Of a stretch of DNA of 64,000 nt, positions 26,213 through 37,952 are shown piece after piece. The notes beneath the pieces were generated by a model, which saw only the letters and a program-made list of their open reading frames with translations, ran no database searches and had not been told where the DNA came from. Both the position numbers and the translations under genes were made by a program. Origin of the DNA: Raillietiella orientalis (lineage: Eukaryota); NCBI GenBank assembly GCA_036172245.1, contig JAYWIR010000014.1, positions 1,922,001-1,986,000 of the forward strand, read 5' to 3'. Within the stretch, counting starts at the first letter, position 1. Each line of letters begins with the position of its first letter.

Positions 26213-26699
26213 AATTGAGGCATTTTACATAAAACACGCGGCTTTTGGGTAAGTATATTTGCATTGGTAATGAAAAATCAATGTAACTTTGAGTGGGAAG
26301 ACTACGTATTGTGAAACGGTTGTGGACGTGTGAGATGAGTGTTCAAAATGGTATGCTTACTCTAATGACATGGCATGCGTGCAGTCGTCCATTCGTCTAT
26401 CATAGTGTCCGCGTTTTGAATCCAAGAGTAACGCATTTGTTAGGAGAGGAGGCATTCTTCCGCACTCAAGTCTCCGTTGTCGGTTGCTCAGGTGTTACCA
26501 TGGATCATTTTTGAAAAGTTTTCCCTCTGATAATGCAACCCGTTTAACTGCACCAGATGTTTGATTTCATTCGATCTGCGGGATCATGTCAAAGGAATGA
26601 GGATTTTGTAGTCGAACCCAAGAAGTGACACGCTAACATTTTGATTCTTCTATTCGTGAGAAAACGGAACCCAAAGCATCGAATCCATCACACTTTGAA

Positions 26700-26900
26700 A
26701 TAGATATGTACATGAAGTTATACATATATATGTTCACAAATTTATGCATGGAGATCTATATACACAAACGTGAATACATAAATACATATATGAACACGTA
26801 TATAAATCTGTGTATATATCTATATGTATATGTATGCATATACATATAGATATGGATACACTTGTATATGTATTTGTAAGTACTTATGTGAATTTATTCC
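26700..26900. repeat. Degenerate TA/TACA/TATG low-complexity tract
   Basis: Visible alternating-purine runs such as tatatgtatatgtatgcatatacatataga. Confidence 0.7.
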
Positions 26901-29900
26901 TATATAAAAGAAGTATGTATTTCATGAATACATGAATATAGAATTTCGTAAAATAAGAAATAATTCATGTGACGATTCAAAATCGTTCAAAAGATTGGAA
27001 AAGGAAACAAATGAAAAAAACAGAAACAAAATAGGAAATGCGCAACATAGAAACATGAAGAAAGAATGGAAGACGGAAGACCTCTCTTCTTTCTTTGTAT
27101 TTTTGCAGTTGCTAACTTTGATAAGAAAACAGGGATGGATTGTACAGAAGTGCATAGTGGTAGTCCACAAGAGCTGATGGACTTCCACGATGGTTCACTG
27201 TAGTTTGAAGCCTGGCCTGGGGACTAGTACGAAATGCTATTATCCCGAAAACCGCATTTCTCTTGGAGAAAAAAAACGGGCTATCTAAGTGGGATAGAAA
27301 GTCGAATGGATGGGTGCTCTGGTGTTTCATGGAGATCGTTCTTTGCTGGTTATTGCATCGAAGGTTTTTCTGCTTTTTTGGAGGGGTGCTCAGGTATCCA
27401 CAGTTGAATCCCTCAAACACAATTTCTGCTATGCTTGTGCACTCTTTCTCACGCAAAAGTTCCTTCCTTAAAGCATCTTGAATTCGAAATAAAACCAATT
27501 GGAAGTTAGATGTGTTTGAGAAATTCTAGGATTTTTCCAAGAGCAGGAAATAAGCCAACTTCCAGCTTGAAACAGGGAATCCTTCCATTGCCATTGCCGA
27601 GCAATCACCAGGCTGCGAAATGGACAGCATGTATCTTCAACATTCGTAGAACATACCCACTGTACGAATGCAAATGCGGTGAGCGCTTCGGAGATGATAG
27701 AAGAACTGAGCGAAAAATGCTTATCAGTTTTTCTGAAATGCAACCGTATTCTTATATGACTAAACCTTAATACGACCAGAGATCTCGCATGCCAAATTGT
27801 TCAGGAGTTTATAACTTTTGTTCCTAAGTAAATAGCACCATGCTTACGTTCAAGTAACGCTCTTTGCCAAAGAATGAACAGTTCAAAAAGTCGAAGACGT
27901 TCTGAACCAAGGACTCTTGGTGATATGGAAGTTTCTGAAGTATGAGGAAACATATCAAGTGGAGAGTTGTTGGCTAGGTATGCTACTTTTCGAGAAGTCA
28001 GACTTCTGATATTCTTCCCCGAACCGGACATTGGCTAGCACATCTTACCATGTGGGTAATGGATGGCGCTGTCAAAACTCTACCCAGTGTTCTATCAATT
28101 GTATACTTTTCACGCTCCTGTAGTGCGCGAGAATTTTAGAATGCATCCCCTTGTTTTTTGCTTTGATGACTGGGAGAAGTTTTACAAATTCTCGTTTGAA
28201 GATGTAGTGGACTCTACAGAAGAAGATTGATTTCAAATGAGTCCTTTAACCCTAGTACGGATTTGGAATTAGATGCTATACCAAAGCAACGAAGTGTGGA
28301 TTCAGGGTAGGTATTCGAAAAAGAGTTCGAAAGTTGTTAATTTAGGGTGTTACCAAGAAAGTTTGTGTTTTCCATTCAATCCAATGCATTTGGAGGAAAA
28401 ATTCAGATGCCGCGCTATAGAACGAAGACAAAATCTTCCGTTTCAAAATGCATCATTTGAGTGAGCACCCATTTCTTTCAGCTCATGAAATTCTAGGAGC
28501 CTTCCCGCAAGTGACAACAGCATCACGTAGAAAATGAATGCGAGAGCATTCTCCGATTAGAGCCATATCCTAAAAGATAACAAAAGCAGCTATTCATCGG
28601 AAACAAAAATTCCAAAAAAAAAACGGCAAATGATCGTGAAAGTCGGCCAGCCCTTATGGATCAGCGACGTTGACTATTATCTATCTCTGTTTTGTTTTTC
28701 AAAGTTGATAGTTACAAGGGTACAAATAAAAGCCGGAGCTCTCTTCCTATCTTCCGCTTTCCTTTCCTAATCATTGGAGTTTCTACGAGGGATGCAACAA
28801 CAGGTTTCACTCATTGGGTCGTGCTGTAGACCGTATTTCGGAGACGTGTTCTTCTTCGTCGAAGAGCTGTTTCTCGTCATGAGCTTGTCTCAGGTTCTGG
28901 GTATCATCCGGTACTCGCCCAATCCGACGTGTCCATTAGATCTCGCGTGTAGGGAATGAAAAAGTCAACTCTGAGCTGCCTCATTTTAGCCGCTTACATC
29001 CGCGGAACACCCTTTTCTCTGAGGTTTGCTTCATTGAGAGAGGTCCGATTTTGCAAAGGTTCAGTGATGGTGGCCAGCACCTTTGCATGGACTCCTTTCT
29101 TGGACTGCTGGTTGGTGTTGACCCAAAGGTGTTTCCAAGACCTTGGTATTTGGATGCATTCCTGGGGTCTTTCCCATTTTCAAAGGTGCAAGCTGCGGCA
29201 CCATCTTGTTGCCCTTCTGTAATATCAGATCGGAACTCAGAATTGAATCCACACCAGGGATGCACTAATTGTCGAACATCAATTGCCATCTTGCTGTTCC
29301 TACCGCTACTAATTTGATCATATCTACAATTGCATCGTGCCCACCCGTGCAAAGATAAAAGTGCCTTTAGCAGTGATTTGTTATCAGAGGCAACCCGTCT
29401 TCGCACAGAACCAAGAACGACGTGAGCAATCACCTCGTTCTTGTGTTCTGGCAGCTCGTCTTATGGATAGCAGTTTTATCCTTGCACTGTGGATGCCTTC
29501 TTCGAGATGATCTGCCAGGAAGCGGCATGCATAGACTTCGGAGTCGTCAGTAGTTGCTATTGTCTAGACGTGGGGTGGACTACCGGTTTGGTTTCTATCG
29601 GGGATCGCCAGGAGCAGCTACTTCAAGTGCCTGGGCGTCCCACGGGGCGAATTCCCCGTAGAGCAGAGCAAGGATCTGGTCCAACTAAAGGAGGCCCTTA
29701 CTGGCGTCCGGAAAAGTTGAGGATCCGATTCAAAGACATAGGAGCTCTCCTGGTGGCAGGATACGGTGTAGACTTGGACGTAGTTCACGGGCACAACTTC
29801 GGATCTCAGCTATCCGAGACTCATCCTGAAGAATTCACCGTCTGGGAACTCATACTCCATCCAGTGAAAAGGACGGAGTAACTGCAACACGCCTAGTGGC

Positions 29901-32614
29901 AGCTCTGTCTTCCCTAGTGGAGAAGAATGGTAGCCTCCCACCAATGACGTGGGGGCTCACCAGCGAAACTGCGGCAACTGTCAAAGCAAACTTCTTTTCC
30001 ATTATGTACTGGATACTCCCATCGTTGAATTCAAGAGGTTGAGCATAGCTGATGCTGGTTCAGCTATAACAGCTAGCCTTTTCAACTTATCTCTTATTTA
30101 ATATGCTACTTTCTAAGAGGAGCATAAGAAGAATGAAGGTTTAGTCAATGGGGGCAGTCTAGAGTATTCTGGGCTTGTAGTGCACTTTATAGTGCTTTGG
30201 TGCGTGCGGGAATCAGAAACTATTAAGGGCATGAGTAAATTTGAAGCAAACAAAATCAGCTGCCTTGGACACTGACTCCAAATGTAGCTTGCTCGGTACA
30301 AATCGTCTTGGGGATGTCGCCATCCTGAAAGATGGAGATTCACTTCATAAATAGTTCAGAAGTAAGACTTATATGAATTGGTGGTAATGAGAATTATTAG
30401 GGGAGTTTGCTTAATAAATGATAATCCGCGAGGAACTTACTTTTTTAGTGTTTGTATATTGTTGATTTGATTATTTAGAAGTGATTAATTTTCTTAATCG
30501 GTGATCAGAATCCAGTTACAGGTTATGAGGTGGCTAATGGAAATGATTCGTGGAACATTTGGAACATCCACCGTCCGAGTTGTTTTTTGTCGCATTTTGT
30601 TTTCTTTGAATAGATATTGCTTTCGAAATGCTGCTCTTATCTAGATCATGGATGAATTGTTAGCTATTATTGAAGATTTGAATAATTTCGTTCACACTTT
30701 AGCTAGTATTGAATATTTCAATGTGCAATCCATCAACACTCATCTTCAAGGAAAGAAAAAAATGCCGATCGGAGCAATTTGTTTTGCACGTAATGGTATT
30801 TTCATGGTTCATACAATGCGTTCTACAGTGCCTTATTTTTATTGCTCTATATTTTCCTGAAATTTGATAGGAGACATGCAAAGAATACGTCGACATTCAT
30901 TTTTTGACTTCCAGACTCAATGTTCCCCAAACTTGTTCCGATTTTGAATTCCTATTTGCTCTTAAGCAAAGCAGTATGCTGATTCTTTGCGCTGTCACTC
31001 TTTGCGTTGACATACAGTATCGTTGCAAATCAATGAAAATGACATTTTGTATCAATTTTTCCCGCGCTTAGAGAACACTGAAAACTGGTTCCGTAATAGT
31101 GTGAATGAAAAGTAGCAAGCATTAAGTCATAAGAAATCACATTTCGTGGTACCCATGAAGTCCTATCCAAAGTATTCAATTAACAGTAATGAATTTGTGT
31201 ACTTTACGATTTTCCCCAGGTCCCACAAGGGGTAGGGTGAATTTATTTATCATTCATACTACATAACATTCATTCAAACAACTTTCTGCTTTTGCACTTT
31301 TCACTTTCACTTAGGGAGTCACTGTAGGCTTGTCTGCACTGGGTTTGCACTTGGGAGGACTACGTATGGTTTGGGTTCGTGCCTGGACAATACTTCCTAT
31401 CCTGCGAAGGATGTATTTGTATGTCCAGGCTTGCACTTTACCGCAGTTCCTGATACCAATCTCCTTTTGGATGAGTCCTCTGAGGATCTCCATGGGAGAT
31501 ATGGCTGAGCTGGCGTTCTTCATCTTCCACAGGATAGCTGTCGATTCTCTCGCGGACGGGGGAGTCCTTGCATCGTACGCCAGTTAGCGTAATCTGGGCA
31601 GCTCCACCTCGCGTGTCCCCGTGCCTTACAAAAGGAACACACCTCCGGTTGTTGACAACTGCGTACTTGGTGTCCCTGCTTGCCGCAGCGGAAGCACCGA
31701 GAATGCGGACGAACACTGACCCTGTGGCCAAAATGTTTGCACCCTGTGCAGAATACCGGTTCTTGTTGTTATCGTACATGAACCTCCTGGGAGTCCCCAT
31801 CAATATGGACCAATTCCGGAATTTTCACCTCCTTTTGTAACTTCATTTTGGCGATTATATCGCCCGAAAAGATCTTACCGGAGTTCTGGGACTCCACATC
31901 CATGACTTCTCCATATTTGGACAAAAAGGTCCAAATGGCTTGCTTATTTGTGGTGGAGACACCACTCAAAAACACTGTCATGTAACATATCACCAATGCC
32001 ACGAACCAGTCTCCCTCGAAGATTGGTTCCCTTTTGTATAAGGGTTTCGGTCAATAATTCACTATCGGTGTATATAGTGAATCCTGTGGTACTTGGTATG
32101 ATGGCCTGTACGCGGTCGAAATCGACGTTCTCCTTGTACAAGGCCAAGTATACTTCCTTTATGTTGTTTATCCGGATTAATCTGGTCTTGAACGTGATGG
32201 GCTTCAAGTCCGGACCGAGCCGTAGGATCGGCTCATCCACGTTATCAATCTTCCCACTCTCGGGCTTCCCAAATTTGCGTTGCGGCTGGGCGTTGGAATT
32301 GCCCGAAACCAACGCCACATACGAGAATGGCCGCGTTTTCGCAGTCGTACAAGATGGCGCCGCTTCCTGCGAGCTCTCCGCCACGTGGGAGCTCGTATGC
32401 ATCGCCAGTGGCGCCGCTGCGGGCGTAACCAGTGACGCCGACGAACCTCGCACTCGCCGGGTGCTCCGCTTGCATCTTGGCAGTGCGCTGGTGAACCCTG
32501 CCGCCGTCGCTGTGGGACGCAAGTCCTCCACTGTGGTGCCGCTGCAGGTGGTGTAAGTCCTCTGCTGCACTGTCACTGGTGGATGGGCTCAGTCACCGTC
32601 TTTGCACTGATCGC

Positions 32615-32713
32615 TTGCCCGTTCGGGGCACAAAAATTGCCGCGGCAGCGGTAATGTATGTCTTGGCGGGGTATTCGTAAAGTTTTCAACTAGCAATAAT
32701 CGCAACTCCCTTT
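32615..32713 (-). ncRNA. U4 snRNA, 3' portion (head of copy C)
   Basis: Minus strand GCGATTATTGCTAGTTGAAAACTTTACGAATACCCCGCC...GGCAATTTTTG (Sm site), then terminal hairpin TGCCC-CGAAC-GGGCA; matches conserved metazoan U4 blocks. Confidence 0.9.
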
Positions 32714-35700
32714 TGCCCAAGTCCCACAAGGAGTGGGGTACATTTATTTTCTTTTAAATCTCATTCATTCTACAATCACATTCATACAACATACCAACAC
32801 TTTATCACTTTGAAGTCCTTAGGGGTATCACAAGTTCTGCTTTCAGGGTGGGTTTCCAGATGTTTGGTCCAGGTGTCGTCTTCAATCCTCTTCAGGATGA
32901 ATCGGTACGTCCAGGCATGGAGTCGTCCACAGTTCCTGATGCCGATTTCCTTCTTGATGAGTCCTTGCAGGATCTCCATCGGGGGTGCGGCTCTTCTGGC
33001 TTTCCTCATCTTCCACCACCGCGCAAGTATGGCGGTGATGAAGACAGCAATGGTCATCCTCACCATGGGATTGTAACAGGGAACATTACCATCTCCCTGG
33101 AACAACCCAGTGATGATTTCCATTACGGACTCGTTGTTGGGTCCTATGATTCTTTCCAGGATCAGCCAGTCGTGTAGCAATGTGGGAGACGTCAAGACGT
33201 GAAGTCTCGTATCGATGTCGCCACATGCCGTGCAGTCTTCATCTTCCCGTCTTCGCGTGAAATGCTTGAGCCTGGACCCTTTCTGAATTCCTCCATGATA
33301 AAACACCAGGAGGTTGTCCTGGGTGTCCGGCGGAAGGTCACTCCTCCAGAGCGTCGTGCCGATCGCTAACAGGTGATCCTGTCACTCCCGTAGCTATCGG
33401 CGGCTTCTTGGAGGGCACTGGTGTCTTGGTACTGGTCCTTGATAATCTTCCGGAGGTTCATCTTGGTTACCCTAGACCACGCGAAGTCGTTGTGGTTTAT
33501 CCACACTTCGCGGGTCTTATGGGTGAACCTACTTAGCATCATCTCTATATACCGAAGTATACGAGTGTGATGTAGGTAACCTACTCTTCTCCACTCCTGG
33601 ATTCGTTGCAGGGTAACTCTGGGCCGCCGGTAGATCCAGCTTCTCGTGTCCGGATGGACCGGAAGCATCCACGGGATCACCAGGATGGATTCCTCCTGCC
33701 AGAGTTCCCTGCTTCTCGGCACAATCTTGATCTTGTGCTTTCGCACTAGCCTTTGTTTTCTTGTCCAGGTGGGGTCGATGGTTCTCCATTCCCCTGTTCG
33801 GCCTAGCAGCGCAGTCATCAGGCCTTTCGAGTTGTTCAACAACAACGCGTAGGCCCTGTGCGCCGCATACGGCCAGTCATCCCAGTGAGTAGCGATATCC
33901 AGGAGGTGTCGCGAATCCATGATTTCCATGGAATGTGCAAGCGACTTCATCCCAGAACCTCCCTCTTCCCTGGGGCGACACAGGGGTTTTAACCTTACTC
34001 TTGGGCGATAATGCCCCCACATGTCTTCCTCTGCAGCTTTTCTACTTCCCTGGTGTTTTCTTTGTTCATCCTGGCGAAGGCCGCTCCGAAGAGCACCTTT
34101 GGAAGGAGTACTCCATTCCAGAGGTTGGCCTTTCGCTTCATGCCACAGTCCAATCGGGTGTACTTCGCTGCTTCTTTGGCCGTTTTCCCCAGGATTTCTG
34201 TCCACAGTAGCTTCGTCGCAGATTCGTCCCCGATGTAGACTCCCTGGTACTTGGCCGCGTCCACCGTTCGGGATCCTCTCTCCGTGAGAGCGGAGAGATC
34301 CAGGATTCCGACGGGCAAAAGCTGGCTCTTCTGGGCGTTGATCTTCAGGCCCAGTCCTTCTTCCATTAGCGCTTCCTTCACCACATTTAGGAACGCTTGC
34401 TGATCCCTCTCTCCCCTAATGAAGAAGAGGAGATCGTCTGCGTAAGCGAGGTGGGTGAGCTTCTGGCCGTCGATTTCCATGCCCCGTAGTCACCCGCTCT
34501 TCTCGATGAAAGAAGACAGCGCCTCCATGTAGATAACGAACAGCATGGGACTTAGCGATTTGCCCTGCCGAACTCCTCGTTCCATCCGAATGGCTGCTAT
34601 TTCTACTCTGTTGATCTTGATCCGGAAACGTTGATTCCGGTGGATCATTTCTACGAAGTTGCTGAAGTATTCTGGAAGTCCCAGCTTTTCCAGAATCTTC
34701 AGGAGCATCCCGTGATCGATGGTGTCGAAGGCTTTCTCCATGTCGGTGAACGCCAGCACTAGGTTCTCACCGATGAATCGGCTGAGTCCCACAGTGGCCT
34801 GAGCACACTTGACATTGTCCGACATGTGGCGTCCGGGTACCGCACACGTCTGAACAGGAGATATCAGCCTCGACATAACCTTGCCTAAGCGGTTGGCTCA
34901 GATCTTTGCCAGCCACTTGGCATCCGAGTTAAGGATTGAGATTGGCTATCCTGGATAGGTCGCCTCCTTTCGGCAACAATCTCGTCCTGCTCTCGTAGAA
35001 GGACTCCGGCAGTCGTCCTTCTTGTCGGATGCAGAGGGTCAGCTGGTGGAATAAACGCAGGTAGGCGTGCAGGTATCTCTGATAATGAGAGATGGGAACA
35101 TCGTCAGGGCCTGCCGCCACGTCCTTGCGTAATTGACCGAACGCAGTCTTCACCTCTTCTTCGGTAATATCCTCCTCCAGACTCTTACGCTGGAGCTCGC
35201 CAATCTTACTTTTCAGATGACTCGAGAAGGTATTCTGTATCGCCTGACACAGGTGGCATTGCAGATTTTCTGCAGGAGTTGCTCCTGCTGAGGTCCGCTC
35301 TGCGCCTCCTTCACTTCTTCAGACAGTTTCTCCGCCACTTCGGTGGTCTGCAGGGTCTCCTGCGACGCCGGGGTGTGTTCTGGCAACTTCGCCACCTCGC
35401 CTTCCTCCGCAACCTCCATCCTCTCGCCTTCCTCCGCAACCTCCATCCTCTCGCCTTCCTCCGCAACCTCCATCCTCTCGCCTTCCTCTGCCGCTACTTC
35501 CGGGGTAAGTGGAGTTTCCTGCTGCTTGACTAGCATGTTCCTCATCCCCTTCTCTCCTACCTCTACGAAACCGTCCGCCGAAACCGGAGTGGCCTCCTTC
35601 GCCTTCCTCTGCTTTATTACCTTCTGAGGTTTCACCACCTCGGTGAACGCCTTTTCCCGCACGGGGGACTGGCCACGCATAGTCCGGTAGTTGGCAAACT

Positions 35701-36296
35701 CCGGACAGCACCACTTCGCATGCCCTGGCTGCTTGCAAAACGAGCACATTTCGGGCATGTCGCAACTGCGCACCTGGTGTCCCTGCTTCCCACAGCGGAA
35801 GCAGCGAAACCTGGGGCAGGCGCCCAAACGATGTCCAAAATTTTTGCAACCTGTGCAGAACACAGGTTGTTGTCTATAGTTGATGGAGACCTCCTGTGAG
35901 TCACCGTCGATGTGCACGATCCCGGGATCTGTGCACCCTCTGCCATCTTTAGTTTGGCGATGACCTCGCCAGAAAAGATCTTCCCAGCTATGTTCTGGAA
36001 TGTCAGCTCCAGAACCTCCCCAAATTTGGACAAGTCCCACACAGTGAGTTTCGTAGTGGTGAGTCCCACGCCCCTCAGCAGGACGGTCGTGTACGGCATT
36101 TCGCCGATACCCGGGACCATCCTTCCCTGTATATTGATGCCCGTTTCAATTAGGGCCTCTCGCAGGGGATCCGAATAGATGGTGAACCCCGACGTACTAT
36201 GGGATTATCGCCTGAATTCTGTCAAAGTCTACATTTGTCTTGTAGAGAGACTAGTAGACTTCTCTAATGTTGTTGAACCGGATTAAGCCGGTTCAA
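32714..36296 (-). mobile_element. Copy D: 5'-truncated Tx1-like element lacking the endonuclease, inserted in the U4 sequence
   Basis: Perfect 20-bp TSD CAATAATCGCAACTCCCTTT at 32694-32713 and 36297-36316. Partial ORF1 with three CCHC knuckles and an EVAEEGERM 27-bp tandem repeat (~35395-35490), joined near 35250 to the RT part of ORF2. Confidence 0.95.
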
Positions 36297-36338
36297 CAAT
36301 AATCGCAACTCCCTTTCGTTCAGAGGCCGCGATACTGC
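36297..36338 (-). ncRNA. U4 snRNA, 5' stem-loop portion (first ~14 nt missing)
   Basis: Minus strand GCAGTATCGCGGCCTCTGAACGAAAGGGAGTTGCGATTATTG corresponds to U4 GCAGTATCGTAGCCAATGAGG...GAGGCGCGATTATTG; contiguous with 32615-32693 once copy D and one TSD are removed. Confidence 0.85.
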
Positions 36339-36821
36339 TCGTGTGCTTCACGATTCCGGCTTTTAGAAAGAAAGAAAGCACCCGCGCGATACGCTGCTAT
36401 TGTGACAGTGCTCAGGAAGGGATACCAAGCTCACACAGAGGAGGAATTAACTGTTTTGAAATATCAAAGATTACACTTGAAACTTAGTTTTCTTGATCCA
36501 TGGAACAAGAACTAAGCTTGACCTATTTGGAGAGTGCTTTAGACGCATTAGCATCTGTAGGTATTCAAACTGCATCTTTGCTATACATTCACTTTGCTGT
36601 ACCTGAATTCAGTTCTTAAATTCTAAATTTCTGTAATGCTTCAATTACCCACTAATTTTATCAACCAAAGAAATTTTTCTATGAGTTTTCAAAAATTTAA
36701 CAATACAAAATTTGGGATCAAGAAGCTCATGCATTTTTTCTCTCAATGATCTGAAATTAGCGTTTGCATGAACAGTTGATACGAAAATAAATTTTAGGAT
36801 CTATGATTTTTCTTGTGAAAT

Positions 36822-37952
36822 TCACAATCCAATTGAAAATGAGCGCCCACATGCATTATGCGCAAGTTCATGATGTACTTCAGCTACACACTATTCATAC
36901 CAGATACTCCGTTTGCTAGCTCTTCGCAGATGGACTGTGCTTTCACTTACCCTGTCCATAAGAATTCGATCCTAAAATTAGAAATAATATTAGCTATGAA
37001 ATGCAAAATTCTTACCTTGAAGGGAGGCAAAAATTGAAACCAGCTGAACATATCAGGCGTTTGTGTCTCAGGTACTGTACTCAGCATAACGTCTTTATAA
37101 AGATTAGCTTCAAAGTAACCTTCTATGCCATGTAACATTGCTTGCTGGCAGGTACGGAAACTTAGAAAAGCTTATCGACTATAATTCTTATTAGGGTATG
37201 AGAAACATAAATAAGGAAAACAAACTGATGAGCTCTAACCATATTTGGGATGATAAAATGTAAAATAATGGTTACGCGTGTGCCAGTTCTAGCGCCAATT
37301 CCGAAGATGTACAACATAGGGAATTTCAAAGCATGTGTATGCAGGTCTAAAAGGTTCTCCAGATAATGCGACTTCATCATGCAAGCGTGGTGAATGCAAA
37401 TTTGCTAGATTGGATGTGTAGCTGCAAGGGATAATTATTCCTCCTTCTGTGAAAATCCTTGATTTCATATTACGGACATGCATTTCTTTAAATTTTTCCT
37501 ATAAAAGCATTTTAAATTCTTTACTGACAGTTGCTGTTTCTGTCCGTCGGGACATAAATCTTCCATAGCTCGTGAAAGAGCTTTCTGATACAAGTAATAT
37601 TTTGTTGTATCTTTTTCAAAAATCTCATAGTTCTGTGATTCAAGATCATCAATGAAAGGTTGTAGAGGTATCTGCTGATTGTCCTTATAGCATTGCACAA
37701 ATTGTTATAAAGCATTATCTGGAGGACGGTTTTAGCAGAAAATCAAAGTGAATCTGTAACTCACTTGCCAAAGATACAAATACTGCCGGTATGAGCGCAC
37801 AGACTCATGCCTTGGGGCACCACAAAGAACTACTTGAAGATACTGCCGAAATAAACGAATTGGAAAATCCTGATGTGCACGTGACAAAACAGGGAAAGCT
37901 TTACGATTAGTAATGAATGTACTAATTGATAAGGCACAACGTATAGGTTTCT
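36822..37952 (-). pseudogene. PRMT5: Partial, intron-containing PRMT5 copy
   Basis: FITNRKAFPVLSRAHQ, QIPLQPFIDDLESQNYEIFEKD, IPCSYTS, FEIPYVV, TPDMFSWF and GRSFSIGL* are present. The N-terminus and the GAGRG/SELLG catalytic segment were not found, and frame breaks are present. Confidence 0.8.

Larger units (their letters stand above)
31212..36338 (-). mobile_element. Copy C: U4-headed, internally deleted Tx1-like element interrupted by copy D
   Basis: Terminal hairpin at 31212-31248; ORF2 tail (MEILRGLIQKEIGIRNCG) joined near 31530 to ORF1 (31530-32576). Outer TSD TTGTGTACTTTACGATT (31195-31211) / TCGTGTGCTTCACGATT (36339-36355), 14/17 identical, all mismatches transitions. Confidence 0.85.

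Noticed and set aside
27500..28520. Possible CR1 C-terminal relic (KTRGCILKF)
   Set aside because: A single short motif with no reliable flanking alignment.
32636..32660. SSU rRNA motif resembling GCAGCCGCGGTAA
   Set aside because: The order differs (GCCGCGGCAGCGGTAA) and it falls inside the U4 3' region.
36297..36450. A functional U4 gene
   Set aside because: The first ~14 nt needed for U4/U6 stem II are replaced by the outer TSD, and the sequence is split by copy D.
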